Shown in pieces: positions 18,373 to 27,689 of a stretch of 64,000 bases of DNA. The stretch spans positions 683,666 to 747,665 of the forward strand of contig CP066690.1 in the NCBI GenBank assembly GCA_016432465.1, written 5' to 3'. Position numbers and translations under genes: made by a program. Position 1 is the first letter of the stretch. The number at the start of each line of letters is the position of its first letter. The notes beneath the pieces are model-generated. The model worked only from the letters and a program-made list of their open reading frames with translations, did no database searches and had not been told where the DNA came from. The stretch comes from Candidatus Sungiibacteriota bacterium (GTDB lineage: Bacteria; Patescibacteriota; Minisyncoccia; Sungbacterales; HO2-52-23).

Positions 18373-18471
18373 CTTCCCGCTCCTTTCTCTCGGGCTTTCC
18401 CCGAGAATATAGTGATCTTCCCTATATCTACATTATACCACTATTTTGTTAAAAAGTCAATAATATTGAGT

Positions 18472-18500
18472 CATTGACCCGCACTGTCCTATTTGCTATG
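18472..18500 (+). promoter_or_regulatory. sigma70-like promoter (TTGACC-17-TATGAT) for infA. The inverted repeat GTCAAT..ATTGAC overlaps the -35 element
   Basis: Read directly from sequence. Confidence 0.45.
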
Positions 18501-18518
18501 ATTAAGAAGTAATTCTTT

Positions 18519-18734
18519 ATGAAGCAGGATAAGATATATATGGAAGGGATAGTGCTGGAAAATCTTCCGAGCACTCTTTTTAAGGTCAAAATGGACGACG
18601 GGCGGGAGATTTTGGCTCATCTATCGGGAAAAATGAGGCTTCATTTTATTAAGGTTCTGCCCGGAGATAGGGTGAGAGTGGAAATGACTCCGTACGATGA
18701 GACCAAGGGGAGAATTGTGCATAGATTAAAATAA
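18519..18734 (+). CDS. infA: translation initiation factor IF-1
   Basis: S1-like OB fold. Near-identical in length and conserved residues to IF-1. Confidence 0.95.
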   Translation: MKQDKIYMEGIVLENLPSTLFKVKMDDGREILAHLSGKMRLHFIKVLPGDRVRVEMTPYDETKGRIVHRLK

Positions 18735-18824
18735 TAGAAGCAAAATTAAACGCCACGCTCACGCAAAAGTAAACGCAATAGCGTATAGAGTTGCGTGATA
18801 GTTTGCGTTTAGACCTTGCTTCTA
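18735..18824 (+). repeat. palindromic intergenic repeat, copy 1. Ends TAGAAGCAAAATTAAACGC ... TTGCGTTTA..TGCTTCTA
   Basis: A second copy at 21467-21568 shares both ends. Nested inverted repeats. Confidence 0.6.
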
Positions 18825-18828
18825 CGGC

Positions 18829-18942
18829 ATGAAGGTTCGCGCTTCTGTTAAAAAAATTTGTGCAAGGTGCAAGCTCGTCCGGCGCAAAAGACGGCTTTTT
18901 GTTATTTGTACGAGCCCAAAGCATAAACAAAGACAAGGATGA
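18829..18942 (+). CDS. rpmJ: 50S ribosomal protein L36
   Basis: Hand translation [37 protein letters not shown]. Below the ORF-track length cutoff. Confidence 0.9.
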   Translation: MKVRASVKKICARCKLVRRKRRLFVICTSPKHKQRQG

Positions 18943-19325
18943 GAATCGTAGGAGTAAACATTCCTGATAATAAAAAAATAGAATACTCACTTCCATATAT
19001 ATATGGAATCGGTTTGCCGTCCGCAAGAAAGATAGTTCGTCAAGCCCAGGTAGATCCAAATAAATTGGCCAAAGATCTTACGCAGCAGGAGTCGGGCCGT
19101 ATCCGGGAGATAATAGAAAAAAGTTACAAAACAGAAGGAGACCTGCGAAGAGAGATCATGCTTAATGTTAAAAGATTAAAGGAGGTGCAAAGTTATCGCG
19201 GTATAAGGCATAGTCGTAGTCTTCCGGTTCGTGGACAGCGCACTAAAACCAACTCACGGACCAGACGCGGTAACGTACGAAGGACTATGGGCTCGGGTAG
19301 AAAACCAGCCGCAAGTCCGACTTAA
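18939..19325 (+). CDS. rpsM: 30S ribosomal protein S13
   Basis: Conserved S13 blocks (YIYGIG, EGDLRR, YRGIRH, PVRGQRT). Confidence 0.95.
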   Translation: MRIVGVNIPDNKKIEYSLPYIYGIGLPSARKIVRQAQVDPNKLAKDLTQQESGRIREIIEKSYKTEGDLRREIMLNVKRLKEVQSYRGIRHSRSLPVRGQRTKTNSRTRRGNVRRTMGSGRKPAASPT

Positions 19326-19349
19326 AATTAATTTGAGCGTAAGCGAAAG

Positions 19350-19787
19350 ATGGGCAAGAAACGTATAATTAAAAAAGGGGAGGAATCGGTAGAGAAAGAG
19401 ACTGCGGTTTCCAAACCGCAGTCAGTTAAGTCCCCCCAAAAGCTTACCAAGGGTATTGTGCACATTCAGGCAACTTATAACAATACCTTGATTTCTATAA
19501 CAGACGAGAAGGGTAACATGATTGCTTGGTCTTCGGCTGGCTCTTTGGGTTTTTCCGGAGCAAAAAAAGCGACTCCATTTGCGGCAGCGCGGGTTGCGGA
19601 AACCGTGGTGGAAAAAGTTAGAAAGACGGGACTGCAGGAAGTTGCGGTCAGGGTAAGCGGTGTAGGTTCCGGCAGGGATTCGGCCATCAGGGCCTTAGCC
19701 AACCAGGGTCTTAGCATTGCATATATAAAGGACGTAACCCCCCTTCCGCATAATGGTCCAAGGCCGCCCAAGTTAAGGAGGGTTTAA
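19350..19787 (+). CDS. rpsK: 30S ribosomal protein S11
   Basis: Conserved S11 core ([21 protein letters not shown]). Confidence 0.95.
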   Translation: MGKKRIIKKGEESVEKETAVSKPQSVKSPQKLTKGIVHIQATYNNTLISITDEKGNMIAWSSAGSLGFSGAKKATPFAAARVAETVVEKVRKTGLQEVAVRVSGVGSGRDSAIRALANQGLSIAYIKDVTPLPHNGPRPPKLRRV

Positions 19788-19824
19788 ATAACATGGTTAA
19801 CATTCATTCGTAATTATCATAATA

Positions 19825-20451
19825 ATGGTACACGTGCTTGAAAAAAAAGAACGCCGTCTTGGAGAAAAACTTCTGCTTAAAGGAGATCGTTGTTCCGGTC
19901 CCAAATGCGCCCTGATTAGGCGCGGATACCCACCCGGTATTCACGGCAAGAAAAAAGGAAGAAGGAGAGGATCTTCCGAGTACAAACAACTTCTTAATGA
20001 AAAACAAAAGATCCGATTCCTTTACGGCCTTGACGATAGGGATATGGAGCAGTATAGTAAGAAGGCTGCCTCGCGTTCCGGCATTTTTAGTTCCAATCTT
20101 ACCCGTCTGCTAGAGCGCAGGCTTGATAACACCGTGTTTAGGTTGGGTTTGGCGGTATCCAGACATAACGCACGGCAGTTAGTTGGCCACGGTCATGTGT
20201 TAGTAAATAGCAAGACAGTTAACATACCCTCATTTCAGGTAAAAAAAGATGACCTTATAAGTTTAAAGGAGTCTTCTTTGAAGTCCGATCTTTTTAGGGA
20301 TCTTGAGATGCGATTGAAAAAGTATGAGGCGCCGGCTTGGTTGAGTCTGGATAAAAATAAAAAGGTAGGGAAGGTCGTGGGTCTGCCGGAGAACGAAAAC
20401 GTGGGGGCAGTTGCCGATATTACAAAAATTAAAGAGTTCTATTCGCGTTAA
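19825..20451 (+). CDS. rpsD: 30S ribosomal protein S4
   Basis: S4 N-terminal Zn-ribbon-like region and S4 RNA-binding domain (RLDN.VFR.G...R..ARQLV.HG). Confidence 0.9.
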   Translation: MVHVLEKKERRLGEKLLLKGDRCSGPKCALIRRGYPPGIHGKKKGRRRGSSEYKQLLNEKQKIRFLYGLDDRDMEQYSKKAASRSGIFSSNLTRLLERRLDNTVFRLGLAVSRHNARQLVGHGHVLVNSKTVNIPSFQVKKDDLISLKESSLKSDLFRDLEMRLKKYEAPAWLSLDKNKKVGKVVGLPENENVGAVADITKIKEFYSR

Positions 20452-20497
20452 ACCTAGCGGTCAACAGAGATTATAATTATAATATCTATTACCAGTT

Positions 20498-21469
20498 ATG
20501 AACATTCCTTTACCAGCAGCCCCAAAAATCGTATTGGAGGAAGGCAAGCGCGCTGTTTTTGAAATTGAGGGGTTATATCCCGGTTATGGCCAAACCGTAG
20601 GAAACAGTCTACGCCGCATTCTCTTATCTTCTTTAGATGGGTCTGTTATTACTTCGGTAAAAATAGAAGGTGTAGGACACGAGTTTTCAACCATAGAGGG
20701 CGTTGCGGAGGACGTGGTGGATATAATTTTAAACCTAAAACAGTTAAGGTTTCGTCTACATACTGAAGAGCCGGCAGTGATTAATCTCTCGGTAAAAGGT
20801 GAGAAAGAAGTAGTAGGCAAGGATTTTAAAACTCCTTCCCAAGTAGAGCTAGTGACACCAGATGTTCATGTAGCTACCATCACCTCCAAAAAGACAAGTC
20901 TTAACATTGAAGCGGTGGTGGAGTCGGGGCGTGGTTATGTACCCGTAGAGGCGCGTACTAAAGAAAAAGTAGAGGTGGGCACTATTGCGCTTGATGCCTC
21001 TTTTTCGCCGGTGCGGCATGTTAACTATGAAGTGGAAAATATGCGGGTTGGAGATCGCACCGATTTTAATCGTGTACGATTTCATATAGAAACCGACGGT
21101 TCCATAACGCCGCAGGAAGCTTTTAAAAGCGCAGCCCGAATTTTGGTTGAACAGTTTAGCGCTTTAGCGGAAGGTTTTACAGAACAGGTAACCAAAAATA
21201 AGTACGACGAAGAAACAGAGGAAGAAAAAGTTAGGAAAGAAGAGGTTGAGGAAAAAACAGAAGACGAGCCTATTCTTAAAACAAAACTGGACGAGTTAAA
21301 ATTTTCTAACCGTACTCTCAATGCGTTACGTGAGGCGGGTATTAAAACCGTAGGGGGGCTGGCACGTAAAAAAGAAGAAACGTTGAGAGAGATTGAGGGT
21401 TTGGGAGATAAAGGAATACAGGAGATAAAAAAAGCCTTGGGAAATTTTGGGATTACTTTGAAACAATAG
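20498..21469 (+). CDS. rpoA: DNA-directed RNA polymerase subunit alpha
   Basis: N-terminal dimerisation domain, an acidic linker and the C-terminal domain. Confidence 0.9.
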   Translation: MNIPLPAAPKIVLEEGKRAVFEIEGLYPGYGQTVGNSLRRILLSSLDGSVITSVKIEGVGHEFSTIEGVAEDVVDIILNLKQLRFRLHTEEPAVINLSVKGEKEVVGKDFKTPSQVELVTPDVHVATITSKKTSLNIEAVVESGRGYVPVEARTKEKVEVGTIALDASFSPVRHVNYEVENMRVGDRTDFNRVRFHIETDGSITPQEAFKSAARILVEQFSALAEGFTEQVTKNKYDEETEEEKVRKEEVEEKTEDEPILKTKLDELKFSNRTLNALREAGIKTVGGLARKKEETLREIEGLGDKGIQEIKKALGNFGITLKQ

Positions 21470-21568
21470 AAGCAAAATTAAACGCTACGAAATACGCAAA
21501 ACTAGACGCAAGCTTTTGAAATAATAGCGTTTAGGTTGCGTAATAACTTGCGTTTATCACTGCTTCTA
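21467..21568 (+). repeat. palindromic intergenic repeat, copy 2
   Basis: Same terminal sequences as copy 1. It lies between the rpoA stop and the rplQ start. Confidence 0.6.
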
Positions 21569-21573
21569 CGGAT

Positions 21574-21921
21574 ATGAGACATTTAAAAAAAGGCAGAAAA
21601 TTTGGTCGTGAACGAAATCAACGGCGTGCTTTATTGAAGAGTCTAGCCTCTTCATTTTTTATGTTGGGGAGAATAAAAACCACCGAAGCTAAAGCTAAAG
21701 AGCTAAGGTCACACGCCGAACCCTTTATTACGCGTGCCAAAAATCCGACTTTGGTTAATCGGCGTTATCTTGCACGTTTTTTTGACGAACGCACCGCAAA
21801 GAAAGTTTTTGAACGGGCGAACGAGTTTAAGAATCGTCAAGGCGGCTATACCCGGATTATAAAATCTGGTCGGCGTACAAGTGATGGCGCGAGGATGGCT
21901 ATAATTGAGTTTGTTAAATAA
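21574..21921 (+). CDS. rplQ: 50S ribosomal protein L17
   Basis: MRHLKKGRK..GR start and the conserved L17 core. Confidence 0.95.
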   Translation: MRHLKKGRKFGRERNQRRALLKSLASSFFMLGRIKTTEAKAKELRSHAEPFITRAKNPTLVNRRYLARFFDERTAKKVFERANEFKNRQGGYTRIIKSGRRTSDGARMAIIEFVK

Positions 21922-22273
21922 TGAATCCCGATAGTGTTCCTAAATTTTACTATGTCTATGTATTACGCAGCCAAAGAAATAGCAGATGGTATGTCGGTTT
22001 TACGATGGATTTACGGAAGCGCTTTAAAGAACACAATGAGGGTAAATATAATTCTTGGACACTACGGCGTCCATTCATCCCCGCAGCAAGCTACGGGGTA
22101 CTCTGGGAAGGTGGGGGGATAAAGCCGATGCTCAGTCAAGAGAAAAACAGCTTAAATCAGGTCAAGGAAGGGCTTATCTTAAACAAAGAGTAAAGCGCTT
22201 CCTAACACTATCGGGATGGAGTACAAAATTGACGCAGCCAATAAAATATTGGGACGGCTCGCTACTGAAGTAG
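21921..22273 (+). pseudogene. small GIY-YIG nuclease-domain gene interrupted by a frameshift at the G6 run (22113-22118)
   Basis: The N-terminal part (YYVYVLRS..WYVGFT.DL.KRF.EHN) is in frame 1. The C-terminal REKQLKSGQGRAYLK continues in another frame after the poly-G run. Confidence 0.55.
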
Positions 22274-22569
22274 TGGTTCTTTTGCGCGGCAAAAATAGTC
22301 CGAGTTTTGATCCCGCGCGTATGAGCGGGAACAAAGTTATTGTTTTTAACACCGACAAGATACGCGTAAGCGGTAAGAAACTTGGCCAGAAACTATATCG
22401 TCGCCACTCCGGTTACCATGGGGGTTTAAAGGAAGAAAAATTGCGCGAGGTTCTCGCCCGAGATTCACGTCTTGTATTGCGGCGCGCGGTAATGGGTATG
22501 TTGCCCAAAAACAGACTTAGAAAAAAAATGATAAAAGATCTTATTTTGGTTAAAGAAGAAACTTCTTAA
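22216..22569 (+). CDS. rplM: 50S ribosomal protein L13
   Basis: GRLAT.V...LRGK, HSGY.GG blocks. Confidence 0.85.
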   Translation: MEYKIDAANKILGRLATEVVVLLRGKNSPSFDPARMSGNKVIVFNTDKIRVSGKKLGQKLYRRHSGYHGGLKEEKLREVLARDSRLVLRRAVMGMLPKNRLRKKMIKDLILVKEETS

Positions 22570-22571
22570 AA

Positions 22572-23126
22572 ATGCCTGCCAAAAAGAAAACAGTTAAAAA
22601 AAAGATAAGTCTTAAGCCCCAAAAGATTAAAGAAGAGAAAAAGGCAGCGCTTAAAGCGCCGACCCCGGAGATTATAGCAGAAGTAAAACCAGATTTGACC
22701 GGGCAGGAGGAATTTTTAAAAGAAACCGCCAAAAAACCCGAACGGTATTTTGAGGCTGTGGGACGGCGTAAAACCGCTGTGGCGCGGGTACGCCTTTTTA
22801 CGCGCGCCGGAGACTTTTCAGTAAATGGCAAAATTTATAGTGAGTATTTCCCCACTTTTGATTTGCAAAAAATTGCGGAAGAGGCGCTTCAAAAAATGAA
22901 GCTTTTGGGGCGATTCAGGGTTTCCGTAAAAATTTATGGAGGTGGAATCCATGCCCAAGCCGAAGCAATACGTCACGGCTTGGCGCGTTGTCTTGAAAAG
23001 TTCAACCCCGATTTTAGAAAACGTCTCAAACGCGCCGGATTTCTGCGTCGTGATCCCCGCATGAAAGAGCGTAAAAAATTCGGACTCAAGAAGGCAAGAA
23101 GGGCCCCGCAATGGGCGAAGAGATAG
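22572..23126 (+). CDS. rpsI: 30S ribosomal protein S9 with a roughly 50-aa Lys-rich N-terminal extension
   Basis: GRRKTAVARV core and C-terminal ...KKARRAPQWAKR. Confidence 0.9.
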   Translation: MPAKKKTVKKKISLKPQKIKEEKKAALKAPTPEIIAEVKPDLTGQEEFLKETAKKPERYFEAVGRRKTAVARVRLFTRAGDFSVNGKIYSEYFPTFDLQKIAEEALQKMKLLGRFRVSVKIYGGGIHAQAEAIRHGLARCLEKFNPDFRKRLKRAGFLRRDPRMKERKKFGLKKARRAPQWAKR

Positions 23127-23261
23127 GCCTTGGCAAGAAGTCGGGAATCTCTTCTGAGACTGTCATGCGTCAGCCCGACGCAGTCCCGAACTCAATGCGA
23201 AGCATTGTAGTGTCGGGACAAGGAGGGCACCACAGTGGGCGAAGAGATAACTTAATTTTCA

Positions 23262-23300
23262 AATCAAAATCCCGGCAGTTACCGGGATTTTGATTGATTT
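23262..23300. terminator. bidirectional rho-independent terminator between converging rpsI and the PEGA gene
   Basis: AAAATCCCGG-cagtta-CCGGGATTTT. Confidence 0.6.
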
Positions 23301-24385
23301 TATATTTCAATCTTGTACCAAGTTTTGCCGCGTTTGAAAAAAATGGCGTTGGGAAGTTCATATGCGGTTAAAACCTCGTCAGTTCTTCCGGAAAGGATTT
23401 TTAGTGTATTTTTTCCTCCCCGGCCGTCAACCTCGGTAAAAAAAATTCCTTCACCTGTTTTAAACGCCACATGCGCACCGTCTTCGTAAAACCAGGCAGC
23501 GTTTTGTACCTCGTCTGTATTCTCAAGTATTATTTCCACTGTTCCTTTTTTTTGGAAAGGTTGATAAGTATTGTCAGCAAGCCATAAAATTTCAAGACCC
23601 CGTTCTTTTATAAGAAGTAACTTCTCCCCCTTTTGGTCAAAGACGACTTTTTTAAGACCACCTTTTATGGGCGTTATTTTATTATTTGAGGCGTCAAGTA
23701 TAAATAATCCGCCTGAAGGGTCCAGAATTGCTACATCTCCTTTTACCGACTCAACAAAGATAAGCGGTCGTTCGTCAAGGAAAAACCCCGGACGCTCAAT
23801 AGTTTCAGTGATTTTTGTGCCGGGATCAAAACGCGCCAAAAATCCGTTTTTGTCCACAAAAAGCACTCCTGATCCGACTAGGGCAAAAGAGTTCACATTT
23901 TTGGCGAGAACAGCCTTAGTTTTAGTTTCCACCAAAGACCCCTTTTTGTTTTTTTGTAGAGAAAGCGTTGGTTTGGGGGCGGGCAAAAACAATTTTTGTT
24001 CCGCCGCAGTTGAGGTTGCCGCTATAATATTCAGCGGGACTAAATAAATATTTCGCAGCTCCGTCACGATTTCCGGTTTAACCTCCACTTTTTTGGACCA
24101 GGGGTGGAATCCTGTTTTTTCAAGACGCACAAAATGGTTTGCGGGTTTAAGGTCAATCAACAGAGCCCCCCCAGAAATAAGGGAGTTTTCTTTAGCAAAA
24201 TTTCCGTCAAGAAAAAGGGCAAGCCCCCTTGTTTTTGATTTAATAAAAATGCCGCCGGTCTTTTGGACGGCGCCCTTAATTAAGTCAAACTTGTAGCCCA
24301 GAGAGTATACAATCAGGACCGGAGAGGCTGCGAGAAAAATAGACACCAAGAAGTAAAATAAAAAGCGCCTCGTTCTTTTTTGCAT
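23300..24385 (-). CDS. membrane-anchored PEGA-domain protein
   Basis: N-terminal TM segment and a PEGA-like beta-sandwich region. Confidence 0.55.
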   Translation of the reverse strand: MQKRTRRFLFYFLVSIFLAASPVLIVYSLGYKFDLIKGAVQKTGGIFIKSKTRGLALFLDGNFAKENSLISGGALLIDLKPANHFVRLEKTGFHPWSKKVEVKPEIVTELRNIYLVPLNIIAATSTAAEQKLFLPAPKPTLSLQKNKKGSLVETKTKAVLAKNVNSFALVGSGVLFVDKNGFLARFDPGTKITETIERPGFFLDERPLIFVESVKGDVAILDPSGGLFILDASNNKITPIKGGLKKVVFDQKGEKLLLIKERGLEILWLADNTYQPFQKKGTVEIILENTDEVQNAAWFYEDGAHVAFKTGEGIFFTEVDGRGGKNTLKILSGRTDEVLTAYELPNAIFFKRGKTWYKIEI

Positions 24386-24441
24386 GCGTTTAATTTAGCA
24401 CTCTTTTTACATCTTGTAAATTTGTTCGGGGCGGGCATAAG

Positions 24442-25746
24442 ATGGAAACAATGGAAAGGTTAGTTATAAAGGGCGGACGCCCCTTGGTGGGCGAAGTTGA
24501 AGTACGGGGCTCAAAGAATGCCGCGTCAAAGTTGATAGTGGCCTCGCTTCTTACTAAGGAGCCGTGCGTTATAGAAAACGTCCCTCTCTCTGCCGAGATT
24601 GATATCACGCGGGAACTTTGCGAGTACGTAGGAAGTGACATACACGTTGAGGGCCGTAAGATGACAATTCAGACGAGGGCGATTAAAAATTTTTCCGTAT
24701 CAGAACTTTCCCGCAAAAATCGTATTCCAATTTTGGCTATAGGCCCGCTGTTGCATCGCAGTGGCAGGGCCGAAGTTCCTGTTTTGGGTGGGTGTCCTAT
24801 AGGCCACCGCCCGGTTAATTTTCACATTGAGGCCTTAAATAAATTGGGGGCAAGAATTGAACGAAGGGAGCGTTCTTACTTTGCTCAAGCTTCAGAACTT
24901 CAGGGAGCAGAAATTTATTTTCCTTACCCATCGGTGGGAGCCACGGAAAATGTTTTATTAAGTGCCGTTCTCGCCCAAGGTAAAACGATTGTTGTCAATG
25001 CTGCGATAGAGCCGGAAATTATGAATTTGGTGGACATGCTTGTTAAGATGGGTGCGCGGATAAGTGTTGATGAAATGTCTCGTCGGGTGGAAATTGAGGG
25101 TGTGAGTAGGCTCGGCGGTGTTGCCATAAGCGTAATGCCTGACCGCAATGAGGCTGTTTCTTTTGTTACGGCCGCGCTAGCCACCGACGGCGACATTTTT
25201 ATAAAAAATATAGAAACCCGGTACCTGCATTCTTTTATGGAAAAGGTAGCGGCCTTGGGCGCCTATTATGAAGTTCAGGAAGGGGGCATAAGATTTTTTG
25301 GAGAAAAACCATATCGTGCGGTTTCCTTGGATACAGCACCTCACCCCGCATTTATGACCGATTGGCAGCAGCCCTTTTTGGTGCTATTGACGCAGGCGCG
25401 CGGTAAGTCAATAATACACGAGACAGTATATGAGGATCGGTTCGGGTATACGAAAGATTTACAGAGGATGGGTGCAGATATTATGGTTTCTGACGAGTGT
25501 CCGGAGGGGAGCAAATGCAGATTTTATGGCCAGACATTTAACCACGTCGCTCATGTCTTTGGACCTACAAAGTTGCGCGGCGGAGAAATTACCATGACAG
25601 ATATACGCGCAGGAATGGCGCATATTGTAGCGGCGCTGGCGGCCGAAGGGGAATCTGTTATCTCCGGCGTAGAACATGTGGATAGGGGATACGAGAGGAT
25701 TGATGAGAGGTTGAGGGAATTGGGAGCGGACATAAAAAGAGTTTAG
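24442..25746 (+). CDS. murA: UDP-N-acetylglucosamine 1-carboxyvinyltransferase
   Basis: EPSP-synthase-fold signature: N-terminal GG.PL.GEV...GSKNA and the active-site Cys region. Confidence 0.9.
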   Translation: METMERLVIKGGRPLVGEVEVRGSKNAASKLIVASLLTKEPCVIENVPLSAEIDITRELCEYVGSDIHVEGRKMTIQTRAIKNFSVSELSRKNRIPILAIGPLLHRSGRAEVPVLGGCPIGHRPVNFHIEALNKLGARIERRERSYFAQASELQGAEIYFPYPSVGATENVLLSAVLAQGKTIVVNAAIEPEIMNLVDMLVKMGARISVDEMSRRVEIEGVSRLGGVAISVMPDRNEAVSFVTAALATDGDIFIKNIETRYLHSFMEKVAALGAYYEVQEGGIRFFGEKPYRAVSLDTAPHPAFMTDWQQPFLVLLTQARGKSIIHETVYEDRFGYTKDLQRMGADIMVSDECPEGSKCRFYGQTFNHVAHVFGPTKLRGGEITMTDIRAGMAHIVAALAAEGESVISGVEHVDRGYERIDERLRELGADIKRV

Positions 25747-25894
25747 GCGGTTCCCTCGGCAATATGTTTTCTCGACACGACTCGCTCGTTCCAGCGACTC
25801 GCTCGCTAATGGTCGTCGCGATTTGTCCGACCTCGGTCGAACACCAAGCAAATCGCTCCTCCCATTGTCTCAAAAACATATTGCCTCGACCGCC
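25747..25894. repeat. roughly 150-bp element with imperfect terminal inverted repeats (GGCGGT..GGCAATATGTTTT) and an internal direct repeat CGACTCGCTCG x2. MITE-like
   Basis: Left arm 25747-25777. Right arm 25867-25894, reverse-complement match with a 13-nt exact core. Confidence 0.45.
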
Positions 25895-25930
25895 CATCCC
25901 TCAACCACTAAAGGGAGGTTGGTGAGGGGA

Positions 25931-26950
25931 ATGTATACTATGTTCATAAGAAAAATAGGAATTGATCTCGGTACCGCCAACACCCTTGTTTTTGTTCCCA
26001 AAAAAGGGGTGGTGGTAAATGAGCCTTCGGTGGTTGCGGTCTCGCGTGACGAGAACCGGGTTTTAGCTGTGGGAAATGAAGCTCGGAACATGATCGGGCG
26101 CACGCCCGAAACTATTGTTGCTTATCGTCCGCTTCGGGATGGAGTTATTGCCGACTATCGGGTCACGGAGGCTATGCTGCGTTATTTTATAAATAAAGCC
26201 GGCGGCCGCGTACGCCTCTTTCGTCCCGAAGTTATGGTTTCAGTTCCGGCTGGCGTAACTTCTACAGAACGAAGAGCGGTGATTGAAGCCACCGTAAATG
26301 CTGGGGCAAAAGCTGCTTATGTGGTAAAAGAGCCGGTGCTCGCCGCCATCGGCGCTGGTATTCCTATAAATGAGCCGGCAGGACACATGGTGGTTGATAT
26401 TGGCGGCGGGACTACGGATATTGCCGTAATTTCTCTGGGCGGAATTGTGGCTTCAACCTCGGTAAAAGTTGCCGGCAACAAACTGGATCAGGCAATTTCG
26501 GACTATATAAAAAAACATTACAATCTCGCGATTGGGGATCGTACTGCCGAAGATATAAAAATCAAAATTGGTTCGGCGGTCCCGGTTGATGACGAAAAGT
26601 TAAAAATGGAAATTAAGGGACGCGATTTAATGTCAGGACTCCCGAAAACTATTGAAATTCATTCTCCGGAAGTTACGGATGCTATTTCGGATGAGCTGGA
26701 CGAAATTATCCGTGCCGTAAAAGCAGTAATGCATGATACGCCGCCGGAGCTTGCGGCGGATATCATGGATAAAGGGATTGTGATGACCGGCGGAGGAGCG
26801 TTACTGCGGAATATTGATGAACTTGTGTTTCAGGAGACCGGCGTTCCTGCGCATATTGCCGAGGACGCGCTTTTGTGTGTAGCGAAAGGCACGGGGATTG
26901 CGCTGGAACATTTGGATGTATATAAACGCTCAATTATGAGTAAGCGATAG
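25931..26950 (+). CDS. mreB: rod shape-determining protein MreB, paralog 1, stand-alone
   Basis: IGIDLGTANT and actin-fold motifs. RBS AGGGAGG upstream of the ATG at 25931. Confidence 0.9.
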   Translation: MYTMFIRKIGIDLGTANTLVFVPKKGVVVNEPSVVAVSRDENRVLAVGNEARNMIGRTPETIVAYRPLRDGVIADYRVTEAMLRYFINKAGGRVRLFRPEVMVSVPAGVTSTERRAVIEATVNAGAKAAYVVKEPVLAAIGAGIPINEPAGHMVVDIGGGTTDIAVISLGGIVASTSVKVAGNKLDQAISDYIKKHYNLAIGDRTAEDIKIKIGSAVPVDDEKLKMEIKGRDLMSGLPKTIEIHSPEVTDAISDELDEIIRAVKAVMHDTPPELAADIMDKGIVMTGGGALLRNIDELVFQETGVPAHIAEDALLCVAKGTGIALEHLDVYKRSIMSKR

Positions 26951-26957
26951 TTTATTT

Positions 26958-27662
26958 ATGCCGCGATACGAATACCAACCGTATATAGGTAAACCCAAAG
27001 AGGAGAGGCGCGAGATGGCTAGCGCCAGCGGCTGGGTTGAGCGTAAACGATTCCTTTTCTCTTCTCATCCGGAACTTAAAGAACGCCTGGCCGGCCTTCA
27101 GGAGATCGTACGCGACTTTCAGAAACAATATCCGGAGCTTATTTCACTATCCATCTACGGATCACTTATCAAAGGATACGCTACGCCGGAATCAGACATA
27201 GACGGAGTTATTATCTTGGACGAGGAGGTTCAAAGAGAGCTGCAAAAGAAAAATCCACAATACAGTCCTTTTTCAATGAGCAATTTCTATAAAGCGCTTA
27301 AAGAAAAGTTATCGCTCACCTACGCACAAATGAGCATTCAATTGTCACTAATAGACAAAAAGGATCTTTTATTATTTGTACAGCGTGGTGACATTCCTCG
27401 CGAACTTTTTTTCTTATCTATAGGAGGACGGAAAATAAGTCAATACCGTAAAGTTATTCTTGACCAACTGGAAGCTATGGGTGAACAAGGGGAGGAAACA
27501 TGGAGGAACTTTGGTCTTAGTCTTTTAAAGTGGGAATGGGGATCATATAACTGGGGGTCGGGTGGAAATCGGGAAATGGGTGAAAAACGAAAGAAACTTT
27601 ATCCTTGGACAATTGCCGAAGCCAAGAAGTATTTTTTACATGGAGGCGATGATCTCCATTAA
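26958..27662 (+). CDS. nucleotidyltransferase-domain protein (Pol beta superfamily GS..DxD motif; two-domain, KNTase/LinB-like size)
   Basis: The motif reads IYGSLIKGYATPESDIDGVII. Confidence 0.55.
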   Translation: MPRYEYQPYIGKPKEERREMASASGWVERKRFLFSSHPELKERLAGLQEIVRDFQKQYPELISLSIYGSLIKGYATPESDIDGVIILDEEVQRELQKKNPQYSPFSMSNFYKALKEKLSLTYAQMSIQLSLIDKKDLLLFVQRGDIPRELFFLSIGGRKISQYRKVILDQLEAMGEQGEETWRNFGLSLLKWEWGSYNWGSGGNREMGEKRKKLYPWTIAEAKKYFLHGGDDLH

Positions 27663-27689
27663 GGTTTGGTTTGATAAATTTCTTGAGAT

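Noticed and set aside
25823-25930. N-terminal extension of mreB from the ORF-track start at 25823
   Set aside because: A strong RBS (AGGGAGG) directly precedes the internal ATG at 25931. The extension overlaps the inverted-repeat element and has no MreB homology.
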